Below are positions 24,395 to 35,571 of a stretch of DNA of 64,000 bases, piece after piece; position 1 is the first letter of the stretch, and each line of letters starts with the position of its first letter. The stretch covers positions 62,001 through 126,000 of the forward strand of contig JAXLNO010001373.1 of assembly GCA_038087875.1 (NCBI GenBank), given 5' to 3'. This DNA is from Malacoraja senta. Its lineage: Eukaryota. The notes under the pieces were generated by a model. The model did no database searches and was not told where the DNA came from. It worked only from the letters and a program-made list of their open reading frames with translations. Made by a program: the position numbers and the translations under genes.

Positions 24395-25881
24395 TTATAC
24401 TATCTCCCCCTTTTCTAATGCTAACAGCAGATTCTTCGCCTCCCTATCCCCCTCTCGTTGGTCATACTGTGTTCTGAAGGCCATCATGGTGGCGGCCCTG
24501 TTCTTTGTCAGGGCTGTTTCTATCAATCGCTGAGCCAATTCCCGTACGCAGGGAATGATACAACATCCGAACAAACACAGTAACCCCACCATGACTACCA
24601 TTGATGTTAGAGCTGAGGTAAAGATGTGCTTCCATTTCCCAAACCAGGATTCTAGAAACCCAGTCCAGGAGGTGTCTACTCCAGAGTTCTCAGCCAATTC
24701 GATAGACAGAGAGGTGAGACCTGCTAGGGCTCTTGACACTGACCCATCCGGAGCAGTGTTGTTGGGGATGAATGTGCAACATTGTTCGCCAAACATTACA
24801 CACACCCCTCCCTTCTCAGCCAGTAGCATGTCCAAGGCCATGCGATTTTGCCAGGTCAGTTGTTCCGCTAAGCCTTCAACTGCATCTCGAGTGTAATTTA
24901 TAAAGCGTTGTTGATTATAGTATAGGTAGTTGATCCAGTCCACATTTTAATTAATTGTGGACCACCAGAAGCGTATGGACTCAAAGCCCGCAGCTATCTG
25001 GTTTCTGGCTTTGAATTCATCGGGTACCCCTCTTGGCACCCCTATCGCATCTATATATATGTGTGTGTCGAATGATAACTCTGGCAGGTCGCATCCTTTG
25101 GTAAGATGGGATTCGTGAATAGCTGTAGTGTACATGACATAGCCCTAGGTGTTCTATCCCAATTCAGGGGAAATGGTACTGGGACCAGCTGAGGCCTAGC
25201 TCCGGCGCAGGTGTAACAATTGGTTCGTTGCATACTTCTGGCTGTGTACATCATCCAGGCAAGCCAGGTGTTGGCTCCTTTTCCTCCTGTAGGTATTCCC
25301 TCCTCATATAATTGCCTTAATTCTGTTTCTCCTGCTACTATCATTATCTTCAAATCCTTAGGCTCATTTTCCGTGGTGACATTTCTGACTACCGGTGGTG
25401 CTGGTGTTGCCCAGGGATCCCTATTCTGACTGTCATCTATCTTGAACACCTCTCCCCTATCCTCGTATCTTACCATCTCCCCATCCCGCTTCACTTCTAT
25501 CTCAAACTTCAGACATGCGTCCTTCCCTGTTTTATCTGCACATATCCAATACCTACCACTTACCTGCATTTGAACACTCTGTATGCTCACATATATGCGT
25601 CCTGGCAATTTCTCGTTCGAGTTTTGATATACTTTCCACCTATCAGTTTGATAGGTGGTTCGATGCCACCCATATTTTGATGAAGTAAACACCGCGTGCC
25701 AATTTCTATAGGGATGGGTGCATACATACATTCTATAGCCGCACCACCATTTTCCTTTACATACATAAAATGGGATGGTGGTGGACCTTCTATTCTGTGG
25801 TATTGTGATTTTTATGCATGTTATATTACTCACAAGTTGGGTAACCACCCAACACACGACCCACCAACACGAAATCTTCAT
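24395..25881 (-). pseudogene. env: Gamma-type retroviral env (frameshifted, internally deleted), left arm
   Basis: Signal peptide MKISCWWVVCWVV, SU CxxC motif (CYTC), TM immunosuppressive domain WQNRMALDMLLAEKGG, CX6CC (CVMFGEQCC) and a membrane anchor. No furin site is visible, and there are frameshifts near 25060 and 24945. Confidence 0.9.
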
Positions 25882-26171
25882 TTTTCCCGCGGGTTCTTGG
25901 TAAATATTAAAATCAATGGTTCCTCTCCTTTGCGCACAGTCCACGGCTGATATTGTCTGGTGGGGCCTCCACAGGACCCTTAACTCAACTTGCGTGTGTC
26001 CACCCTTTCTCTTTTGTTCGTACTGCTGTCTCGGTGATTAGTAACACCAGATAGGGTCCAGTCCACTTAGGTTGTAGCTTTTCTTCTTTCCACGTTTTTA
26101 TTAATACCCAGTCTCCAGCCTTGACTGAGTGAATCGTTCCCTTGCATTGTTGGGACTCCTTCTATCTTTCC

Positions 26172-27103
26172 TAAATAATAAAGACCTAACTTGTTCAACC
26201 TTGCTCTGTGTCTTAGTTGCTGAAACCCAGTCTACATTCTAATTGATCTCCTCTGTACTCTCACTATTTTGTTGACCTTTTTCCTATAATTGTGCCTACC
26301 AAAATTATACACCATACTCCACAATTGACCTCACCAATACCTTGTACAATTTAACATTACAACCCAACTTCTATACACAATGCTCTGATTTATAAAGGCC
26401 AACACACCAAAATCTTTCTTTACCATCCTATCTACATGAGATTCCACCTTCAGGGAACTATGCACAGTTATTCCTAGATCCCTCTGTTCAACTTCATTCC
26501 TCAATTCACAATCATTTACCATGTACGTTCATCACCTCACACTTATCAACATTAAACCCATCTGTCATGTTTCAACCCACTCTTCCAAATGATCTAAATC
26601 TCTCTGTACACTTTTAAAATCTACTTCATTATTCACAACACCCCCTATCTCAGTATCATCTACATACTTATTAATCTATTTTACCACACCAACATCCAGA
26701 TTATTGATTCACATGACAAACAACAGTGGACCCAACACACATCCCCGAGGTACCCCTCTAGTCACTGACCTCCAACCTGACAAACATCCATCCACCATTG
26801 CTCTCTGACATCTCCCATACAGCCACTTTTTAATCCATCTTGCTATTCCTTACTAACCCTTCTTAACCAACCTTATTTCCTTATTGAACCTTGTCAAAGG
26901 CCTTACTGAAGTTCATCTAGACAACATCCACCACTTTACCCTCAACAATTTCCCTAATAACCTTTTCAAAAAATTCAAGATTAGTCAAACATCACAATCA
27001 CAAATCCATGCTAATTCTTCCTAATCCTACCCTATTTATCCAAATTCTTATATATTGTCTTAAGTATCCTTTCCATTATTTTGCCCAACACTGATGTCAA
27101 ACA
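26172..27103 (-). mobile_element. Internal CR1 RT fragment embedded in the ERV (left arm)
   Basis: Degenerate copy of outer-CR1 about 20410-21390 with neither a 5' end nor a 3' tail; it mirrors 51419-52352. Confidence 0.8.
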
Positions 27104-29758
27104 ACTTTCTTGTTAAAACTCTACTCTTTTCTCACATCTTTGTCCTCCTGTTCACTTACCTCAGGGCTATTATCTATTCATACCTGTGGGACAGCCCTCA
27201 TGTAATTATTGAAATGGTACCAGGTATATCAACCTTCTACCTGAACATCGGTCTGTAGTTTAGAAAACTCATACATACACCTTGTCTTCAGGTTTAAAGG
27301 GTCCTTCCTCCTGGTCCACCACCAACAGCTTTTACTTTACCTGTTCATAAATAGACTTGTATATCATAATTAACTTTCATATACTTTTAAAATTCTATCT
27401 TTAACTGTTCCAAACTCGGTCTCTTGTAGGGACCTCTCCATTGTGCCACCTGCTCGGTTAGTTTGCATGCAACATCTCTTCAGTGCCAATGGCAGGGCAT
27501 CGATCCAATTCAACTTTGTAATTAAACAAATCGTATTTATATTAACCTTCAATGTTCCATTTATTCTTTCCACCATGCCTGTGACTGCAGGTGTTACATA
27601 CCCAAATGTGTAATTTACTCTAAGGGTCTCTATCGCCAACTTAGCTACACCCTAAATGAAAACAATCCGTTGTCAAAGCTGATTTCTGTAGGTCTACCAA
27701 ACCTCTTAATTACCTTATTCATCATAAACGACACTACAGGGCTTATACCTAATCTAGTCTGAACTATATCCTGCCTTTTCCCAAGGTTATCATCCTCTGT
27801 CCTACATTCTGAAGTATATTTTATTTTTTTACTTTTTAATCTCTCTCTCTTACATCGCTTTTCACTTATGGAACAATGCCAACAAATCCTCCTTTAAACC
27901 CCTTTCTCTCTTGGGGACCCCAGTCCTGTTAGGGCTTATATCCAGATTAATTTCACTCCTAATAGGACTTTTTGAGGAAACGTTCCCCAAAGACATTCAT
28001 TATTGGCATGTAATTCTCTGGCCCTGCTTGGTTCCGCTATAGGACTCACTCATTTCAGTCTCTTCAACCAGGTCTGTTGTTTATTGACAACAGCTCCTCC
28101 TGCTGGTTTGCACGTCTTTTTCCTATCTTTGTGATATTTCTCGACCGCAGAGACCAACTGTTCGCTGAATCGGGGGTGGGAAATTAATGACAATCTCACC
28201 ACCTCCAATCTGCTTGACTTTAAGAAGAATGACATCCACCACAGTAGTTCATAATATAATGTTCATCAATCAACTCTCCACCTTTTCAGCTGGTTTTCCA
28301 GATAGGCTGCTGGATTACATTGTCTGAGGGCCTGCCATACCCTCTGCCTGACTGTGTCAAACAGTATGCCATTGCTTGTTACATTGTTCGCATCAGTTTA
28401 TACCATCCATCTTCAGTAGTTCTGTCACTTTAGTGGTTCCTATCACTTTTACCAACAGTGCCTTCAAATCTTCCATGGTCAATAATCGTCCCACGTTCTC
28501 CTCCAAAGCCCTAATCCATTTCCTCCCCCTTCAGGGATATAGGGTGAGGTATTTTTTAGCCCTCTCAGTTTATGGGTGCCCGCAAGGGATAATCTGTGTC
28601 TGTCCTTCTCTTTTCTCTTTAAAGCAGTCTCATCACTTTATCCCAATGCTTCCAACTTTAATCCTTTCTGGTATGCCTTCTTTCTTATTCTAAACTCAAT
28701 TTCTTGCTTCTCAAATATTCTAGCCTTCTTGCAAATTCATTCACCTTTCTTTTTTAAATCTTCCACTGACTCCTCCTGCTTTATTACTTCCACGCCTGTC
28801 GTTTTCTACTTCTGTTATCTCCTAACTGCCTCTCGCTCCTTTCTTTCTAAACTTGAATGTTTACCAATTAACTTATTTCCAATTATTTCAATCCATATTC
28901 ACCACTATTTTAAATGTCCAATTCCTAGCACTAGTAACAATTTTCCAAATTATCTTTACTGACTAGAAATCTAAAAGAACATCAGAAAAACCAAAAGCTG
29001 ATTTTACAACTTCCCCTTCTAGGTTACGAGGATACAAACAGTTAATCATTATCTTACAGCTGTTCGTCGCCTTTCACCATGACCTAATTTATTTAAAGGA
29101 ACATACACCTACCTACAGTGGACATTTTTGATTCTAATAAAACTTACTTACTTACTTACTCTTACAATGTGGTCTTACTCTTACAAATACAATAAACAAA
29201 AAATAATCACATATATACACTTTCATTCCAAAACGGTTTTTACACACAAATCACATTCGTTCCATTCTTACTTCAAATAAATGCAACATCTTTTACATGT
29301 ATTAAAATTTCAAAATTATCATTCATATAAATCTTATCTCCCTCCTTTTTTTCTTTTTTTACCCCCGGTGCTTCCTTCTTCCCAAGATTGCAACATTTGC
29401 CCCAACGGACTATTGGGCAGAATGTGAGGACCCTCTTCCCTCGGTCCCTTTATCTTAACACCGTATTTCCTGCCTTGCCCGTACAGACCCCTGAATTCTT
29501 CAGGTTGGTAACCACAAGGTCTTTCCCAATCACCCGAGAAATACTTAATAGTCAATGTTCTTACCCGGGTCCTGTGCACAGGAATTGCTCGAATTTGCTC
29601 CTCACGATTTCCAACTACTCCCACTTGTTTCTCTAATCTCTGGTCTGGGATATCACTCGCTCAAACCGCTGATGGCAAGCAAGGGGTCCAGGGCCGCTGA
29701 ATCAGCGGGGTGCACTGTCCCTTCTCCCGTATACCGCCGCCAGCCAGCCGGAGTGACG

Positions 29759-29777
29759 ATCCCAAGACGAGCCCCCA
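29759..29777 (-). promoter_or_regulatory. tRNA-Pro-like primer binding site (left ERV)
   Basis: TGGGGGCTCGTCTTGGGAT lies 4 nt downstream of the 5' LTR; the MLV PBS-Pro is TGGGGGCTCGTCCGGGAT. Confidence 0.8.
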
Positions 29778-31647
29778 GGCTTGTGAGGTGCAAAAAGTGA
29801 GTGCTCACAATCACGATGCTAGAGAAATTAGAGAAACAAGTTTATTTATTAGCAAGTCTGCAGAGTCGGGTGCCTCCCCTGTCGAGACACACCGAGGTCG
29901 GGAAGTCACTCTCTTTTATTCATATCATTTTACATTTGTTACATTTATTCCTCCCCTTCGGGCTCCTTTCAAATCAGAGCACTGAGGTGCACAATCTACC
30001 GGTACCGCCCCCGGTGCCTCCCACATCATACATCGCATATGCATTTAAATGAGACATCTTGTCATGATGGGCGTGTTTGCAATATTCATTTATCTCATTA
30101 CGCAAGCGCTATAGAGTTGTTCATGCCCATTACCCCAGTTCTTGCTTGGCTGTCGCTATCTCCTGTTTCTCATCCTTGAAATGTCACCAGTTGTTCTTAC
30201 GGCTAAGCTCATCTACTCTCTACAATACAAAGGGTTCTTAGTCTAAATCAACTATACCTATTAACCCCTTCCTCACATTTAGTAACACTTGCCATTTCCT
30301 TGGTGATAAAGATGCAAAGCTCTTCCATTTCAGTTTTCTTTGCCTTTGGCTTCTGGACCTTTGAGACATCCTCCTGGGATGACGTTGAAACTGAGCCCGA
30401 GGCTTCAGTCAGGCTTACTTCTTCCACCGGAGCTTTTTTTCCGGGTTTTTTAGTCGCTCCCTTTGAGGGGGAGTGTTTTACCGACATTATACTCCGGAGC
30501 CGCAGGTCTGATGACGTCACTCAGGCTGCCGGTGCGATTCTCTGCAGTGTCCCAGTGAGTTCTAATGGTTTTCTGGGATAAGCAGACCTGTGCTGGGATC
30601 CCTCTCCCTGTTGGTGCGCTATTAGCTTCCCATCAGGTATTTACTCCACTGGCTTTGTGGATCATTGGGTATTGTCGCAATGTCTTTCTGATTTGTAAAT
30701 GTACATGGTGCATCTGTTGACGGAGAGTGGGACATTCACTGCTCGTGAGCAGGCGTGTAAGAACACTACCAGGTCTAACAATCCACTGAAGGTTCACCTT
30801 CAGCTGTTTAACCTGAGAGGAGTTCAACCTCTGGATCTCTCCTGCTTTTGTCTGCTCAGAACCATCCTCTCTGGCCAAACATTTGGCCATCAGCTCCACC
30901 ATTAGCACAACTACTTCAACTGTTGTCTGATAATGTCCACTTCAAGCTCCTTGGAGTGTTTAATCACAGTAAAGGCAGGTTCTTGTTTAATATGGTTTCA
31001 GAATCCTTTCAAAAATCTGTCCCCATGACTTTGATGATAATCATTCTTAGTACTTCAGCTCCGCTGAAACTGCTGACTCCTCCGTGACATGGAATGTGTG
31101 TGGTGTATGTGTGTGTGCTTGCTGTTCCCATTTCCATGGAGTGTGTGTCCCAGATTAAAGATAGCAGTCGTTTCAGTGTGTGGAGACATTATATTTTTCT
31201 TATGAGTGTAGTTCCAGCATCTCTCATCATCACACTGAAAATATTCAGTACGTTCTCCTGAACAATGAATGGAACTGCCAGGATTCCTGCTACAATCTTT
31301 CAGACCATCTGCTCCGATTTATTTCCTCTTTCCCTTCAGTTGCCCGACCACAGACTGACTGGGAGTTTCAGAGATGGGGAAACAAAGTCTGTTCTCAGGC
31401 TGCTCAACACCCCCTGCCAATGGGGTTTGTGTGAAGTGCCCAGCATTCTGTTCCTTTCATCTTCCTGATCCTCTGTCAATTATTTGCAGTGACTGCAATC
31501 TTTTGCTTAACTTTACAATAACCTCCACTTCCTTCTGTGCACTTGACACCTGACTTTGTAGTTTTCAATAACACGAGTGGCCATGGTGACTGCAGTGAAT
31601 TCTGAAGCCAGCTTTTTGACCAAAGTAACTGTTTAATTGTGTTGTAG

Positions 31648-31689
31648 AATTCAGGAGATCACCAGGCAGATCCAAACGCCATCTACATG
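31648..31689 (+). CDS. Cytoplasmic exon 2 (first half of ITAM), left copy
   Basis: gttgtag| ... |gtaaga, phase 0/0: NSGDHQADPNAIYM. Confidence 0.78.
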
Positions 31690-31779
31690 GTAAGAAAAGT
31701 CACATTTAAAACGTTAAAGCGTTTCGCTGGACACGAGTTGCTAAGCTGCTGTTTCCAATTTTTCTTTGTTTTCTGCTAG

Positions 31780-31836
31780 GATTAGCAAAGACCCACTCAG
31801 TCCATCTACGACCATCTCCGAGGTACGTTCCAGTAA
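31780..31836 (+). pseudogene. Terminal coding exon (second half of ITAM) with an in-frame TAG, left copy
   Basis: Long pyrimidine tract, then ctag|GAT TAG CAA AGA CCC ACT CAG TCC ATC TAC GAC CAT CTC CGA GGT ACG TTC CAG TAA, i.e. D*QRPTQSIYDHLRGTFQ*. Confidence 0.78.
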
Positions 31837-32373
31837 CTGTTGACAATGGCGCATCTGCACCATGTGATATCTGTCAACTGCTGCAGAAATGGTGAGGATT
31901 CAGGCAGGAACGACAAGCGTGGAGATGGGCCGACAGGAGTTCAGTCTGACTACGAGTTTGCTTCAGAGAGTAAATTAACACCCATCACCGAGTCGGATCA
32001 TTTGGCTTTGAACACACGTCCTTGTAATCCTGGTAATGCTGAGTATTTTATCCGGGTGAAGGGATCCAGTGCAAGTTTATTTCTAATTCATTATCCCACC
32101 TTGGTTTCAGATATTGTCTCTGATATTTCCAACTAAAGCTGTTCCATGAATTGTTGGGGATTGGACAATAGTGATCAAGATGAAATTCAGTGATCGGTCA
32201 CTATGATATCAGAGAGAGGGCATCTGTCACTAACCAATCACTCAACCTCATTCTTACCTTAATTACCATCAAGGTTAAAAGTCACAAATTGATTTAAGTT
32301 GCCTTCAGTTAATGTGGTGAAAGTTGGGTCTTACTGAAGTGTTTTCGATTTTAATGGGTTCTCTATAGAAACA

Positions 32374-35300
32374 TCTATCATATCTATCTATCTATATCTA
32401 TATTCTATCTATCTATCTATCTATCTATCTATATACTTTTAAAACTCTCTGGCTGCCGTCCGTCTGTACGTCTGTACGTCTGTACGTCTGTACGTCTGTA
32501 CGTCCAACGTTCTGCTTGACTTGTCCCGCCTTTGATACCGCCCCACGCCCGCGCAGCGCGCGGAAACGCTGATATTTTTTACCGTTTCTAAACAGGTTAC
32601 GTTTATCTTTACGAATAGATGATCCTGATTAAATTTGGTCGTGTTTAGGTACGCTTTTTAAAATAAAATACCTCTCCCCCCCCAAACCAATCATTTCAAA
32701 ATGTTTAAAAAAACAGCTCAGCCGTAGAATGTTAGTAAAGATTCCGTTGTGTGATGTCACAATGCACAATGGTCACAGATGTCCAATCGGAATGGATCCA
32801 TTTACATATGCCTTTGCGGCGGCCCCAGCCCCGGCCCCTCCCCCCCAACCCCCGCAGCATTGGGCAATGTGACATCACAAAACGGAACCTTCATTTACAT
32901 TCTATTGCTGAGAGCTGTTTGTTTAACATTTTGAAATGTCCCCATTCCCCATCACCCCCACACGTGGCGACGCCCTGCGACACGTGTGACAAATCGGAAT
33001 GAATCCGTTTACATATGCCTTTGCAGCAGCCCCAGCCCCAGCCCCTCCCCCCAACCCCGCAGCCTGTGATTACGTTTATCTTTACGAATAGACAACCCTG
33101 ATTAAATTTGGTCGTTTTTATGTACACTTTTAAAAATAAAATACTTCTCCCCCCCCCACCCCCAAACATTTCAAAATGATTAAAAAAACAGCTCAGCCAT
33201 AGAATGTTAGTAAAGATTCCGTTGTGTGATGTCACAATGCCCGATGCTAACAGATGTCCAATGGGAATGGATTCATTTAGATATGCCTTGGCAGCAGCCC
33301 CAGCCCCAGCCCCAGCCCCTCCCCCCCAACCCCACAGCCTGTGTCGAAGGGCGTCGCCACGTGTGTGGGGGGGATAGGGAATGGGGACATTTCAAAATGT
33401 TTAAAAAAAACAGCTCTCAGCAATAGAATGTTAATGAAGGTTCCGTTTTGTGATGTCACAATGCCCAATGCTCAAAGATATCCAATCGAAATGAATCCGT
33501 TTACATATGCCTTGGCAGCAGCCCCAGCCCAGCCCCTCCCCCACCCCCGCGGCCTGTGTCGAAGGGCGTCGTCACGTGTGTGGCAATAGAGAAAGAGGAT
33601 TGGGGGTGATAGGGAATGGGTAACAGATGGACTGTCCCTACCCCTCCTACTTCAACTCTCCCCCCACTCTCCCCCCTCTCCTCTCCCCCTCCCTCCCACA
33701 CCCTCTCTTCCCCCTCCACCACCCCTCTCACCCCCATCTCCCCCCTACCCCCTCCCCTCTCTCTGCACCACTCCCCGCTACACCCCTCACTCACCACTCC
33801 CCCCTCCCTCCCCCACCTCTATCCTCCCCCCTCCCTCTCTCCCTCTCTTCCCCCTACCCTCCCCTTCCCCTCATCCCCTCTCTCCACCTCTAACTCCCCT
33901 CCCCCCCCACCCTCGCCCTCCCCGCTCTCCTCCACTCCCCACTCTCCTCCCCGTCCTCTCCCCCCACCTGCTCTCTTCTCCCTCACCAAGCTCCCCTTTC
34001 CTCCCCCCTCTCTCCTCCCTCCCCTCCCCTCTCTCCCCACCCCGTCTCCCTTCTCCCCCCTCCCCCCCTCTTCTCTCCCAACCCCGTCGCCACCTCCAAC
34101 CTCCCCCACACCTCTCTACCCTTCCTCCTCGCCTACCCACCCCTCTCTCCTCCCCCTCTCCATCCCCTTCTCCTCACCCCTCTCCCTCTCATCCCCCTCC
34201 CTCCTCCCACCCCCATTACTCTCCCACATCCCCCTTCCCTCTCACCCCGTCCCCTCCCCCACCCGCTATCTCTTCAAACACTCCCCCTACACCTCTCCCC
34301 TCCCTCTCTCCCACTTCCACCACTCCCCTACACCTCTCATCTCCCTCCCATTCTTCCACTTAACTCCCAAACCCATCCCCATCTCCCTCCACAACCCCCT
34401 CCCCACCCCTCTCCCCCTCCCTTTTCTCTCACTCCCCACTCTTCCATTCTCCCTCCCCACCTCTATCCCTCCCCCCTCCTTCTCTCCCTCTCTTCCCCCT
34501 ACTCCTCTCCCCTTCCCCTCATCCCCTCTCTCCACCTCTAACATCCCCTCCCCCCTCTCCCCACTTCCTGCCCTCCCGCTCTCCCTACAACTCTCCTCCC
34601 CCTCCCTCTCCTCCACCCTGCTCTCTTCTCCCTCACCAATTTCTCCCCTTTCCTCCTCCCCTCTCCCCTCCTCCCCCTCCTCCTCTTCTCTCCCCCGTCT
34701 CCCTCTCCCCTCTTCTCTCCCCACCCCGTCTTCCTCTCCACCCCTCCCCCGCCTGTGTTTGGGGGGTGGTTAGTGTGAGTGTGATGCCGCAGCCCCCCCC
34801 CTCCCGCAAACGCGCGTTGGGAAAACAGCCCGCCAACAGTCTCTCTGTCTTTAAGACAGAACTGCAGATGCTTGAAAATCAAAGGTACACAAAAAAATGC
34901 TTCATAACCTCAGCGGGTGCAGCAGCATCTATGTATCAAAAGAAATAGACAACATTTCGTGAAAACCCGTCTGAGGATGGGTTTCCGCCAAAAGCATTGC
35001 CTATTTCCTTCACTCCATAGATGCTGCTGCACCCGCAGTGTTTCTCGAGTTTTATTGTGTGTACCAGTCTATCTGTCTCTCCCCTCTCTCTCTCTCTGCC
35101 CTTCTCTCTTCACAGCCCGCGACTCAACTCATGCACGCCTTCTCCAACCCACCCCCTTCACCTCTCTCCCCATCCACTTCTTCTCTCTCCACCCTCTCCT
35201 CTCTCACCCTCCTCTCTCCCCACCTTCCTCACCCCCTTCCTCTCAACCCTCCTCCTTCCCCCTCCCCACCTCACAATTTTTTTTTCTAACATTAAATTTT

Positions 35301-35571
35301 CTCTCTCTGCACCACCCCCCCTTCGAGACGTACCTGAGAGGTGAGGGCTATTCGTCAGTGGATAGGGTGGCGATGGAAAAAAAGAAGAAAATTAAAATAT
35401 TAATATAATATCAAGGGGTGTGATGAGTGTGTGTGTTTGTGGGTGCCAGATTCACACCCCGCAACCCTGCTTTGGAGGTACAGACCCAACGGGTGGTTAG
35501 TGTGACGTCACAGCCCCCCGCCCCAAACGCACGTTCGGTGTCCAGACCCAACGGGTCTGCACTTGGTCTAG
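32374..35571 (+). mobile_element. Non-autonomous Helitron-like unit H1 (about 3.2 kb)
   Basis: A|TCTATCATATC, (TCTA)n, TTTTAAAACTCTC and a (GTCTGTAC)n microsatellite at the 5' end. The 3' end has a hairpin CAGACCC-aac-GGGTCTG (35543-35559), 8 nt, then CTAG|T (35568-35571). Confidence 0.7.
33650..34750 (+). repeat. About 1.1-kb C/T-only low-complexity tract (mirror G/A tract at about 43680-44830; shorter tracts at about 36490-36960, 38225-38670 and 40730-41200)
   Basis: Nearly pure pyrimidine strand with internal reiterated blocks. Confidence 0.9.

Larger units (their letters stand above)
23868..30277 (-). mobile_element. Endogenous retrovirus (epsilon/gamma-like), internally deleted, left arm
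   Basis: LTRs at 23868-24360 and 29782-30277 have TGTGAGG...CCTCACA ends. The flanks CTTAG/TTTAG form an imperfect 5-bp TSD inside L1 ORF1. There is a gag MA remnant (PNSPLGQMLQSW), integrase remnants and env. No PR or RT was recognised. Confidence 0.92.
11003..30547 (-). mobile_element. Full-length L1 (host of nested insertions), left arm, with 16-bp TSD
   Basis: TSD TGTCCCAGTGAGTTCT at 10987-11002 and 30548-30563, with a T-rich tail at 11003-11033. ORF2 pieces lie at 11354-14710 (AEKAFDQ, GCRQGCPLSP, YADD) and 21841-22230 (ITFCSWNIKG, FLQETHL). ORF1 lies at 22992-23867 and 30278-30490. It is degenerate, with frameshifts and deletions shared with the right-arm copy. Confidence 0.92.

Noticed and set aside
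24395-25881. Domesticated (syncytin-like) env
   Set aside because: Both copies are frameshifted and lack the SU C-terminus and furin site.
31840-32136. 98-aa ORF containing DYEF as a further cytoplasmic exon
   Set aside because: It lies downstream of the natural stop at 31834-31836, and no pyrimidine tract precedes the in-frame AG at 31903; it is more likely 3'UTR.
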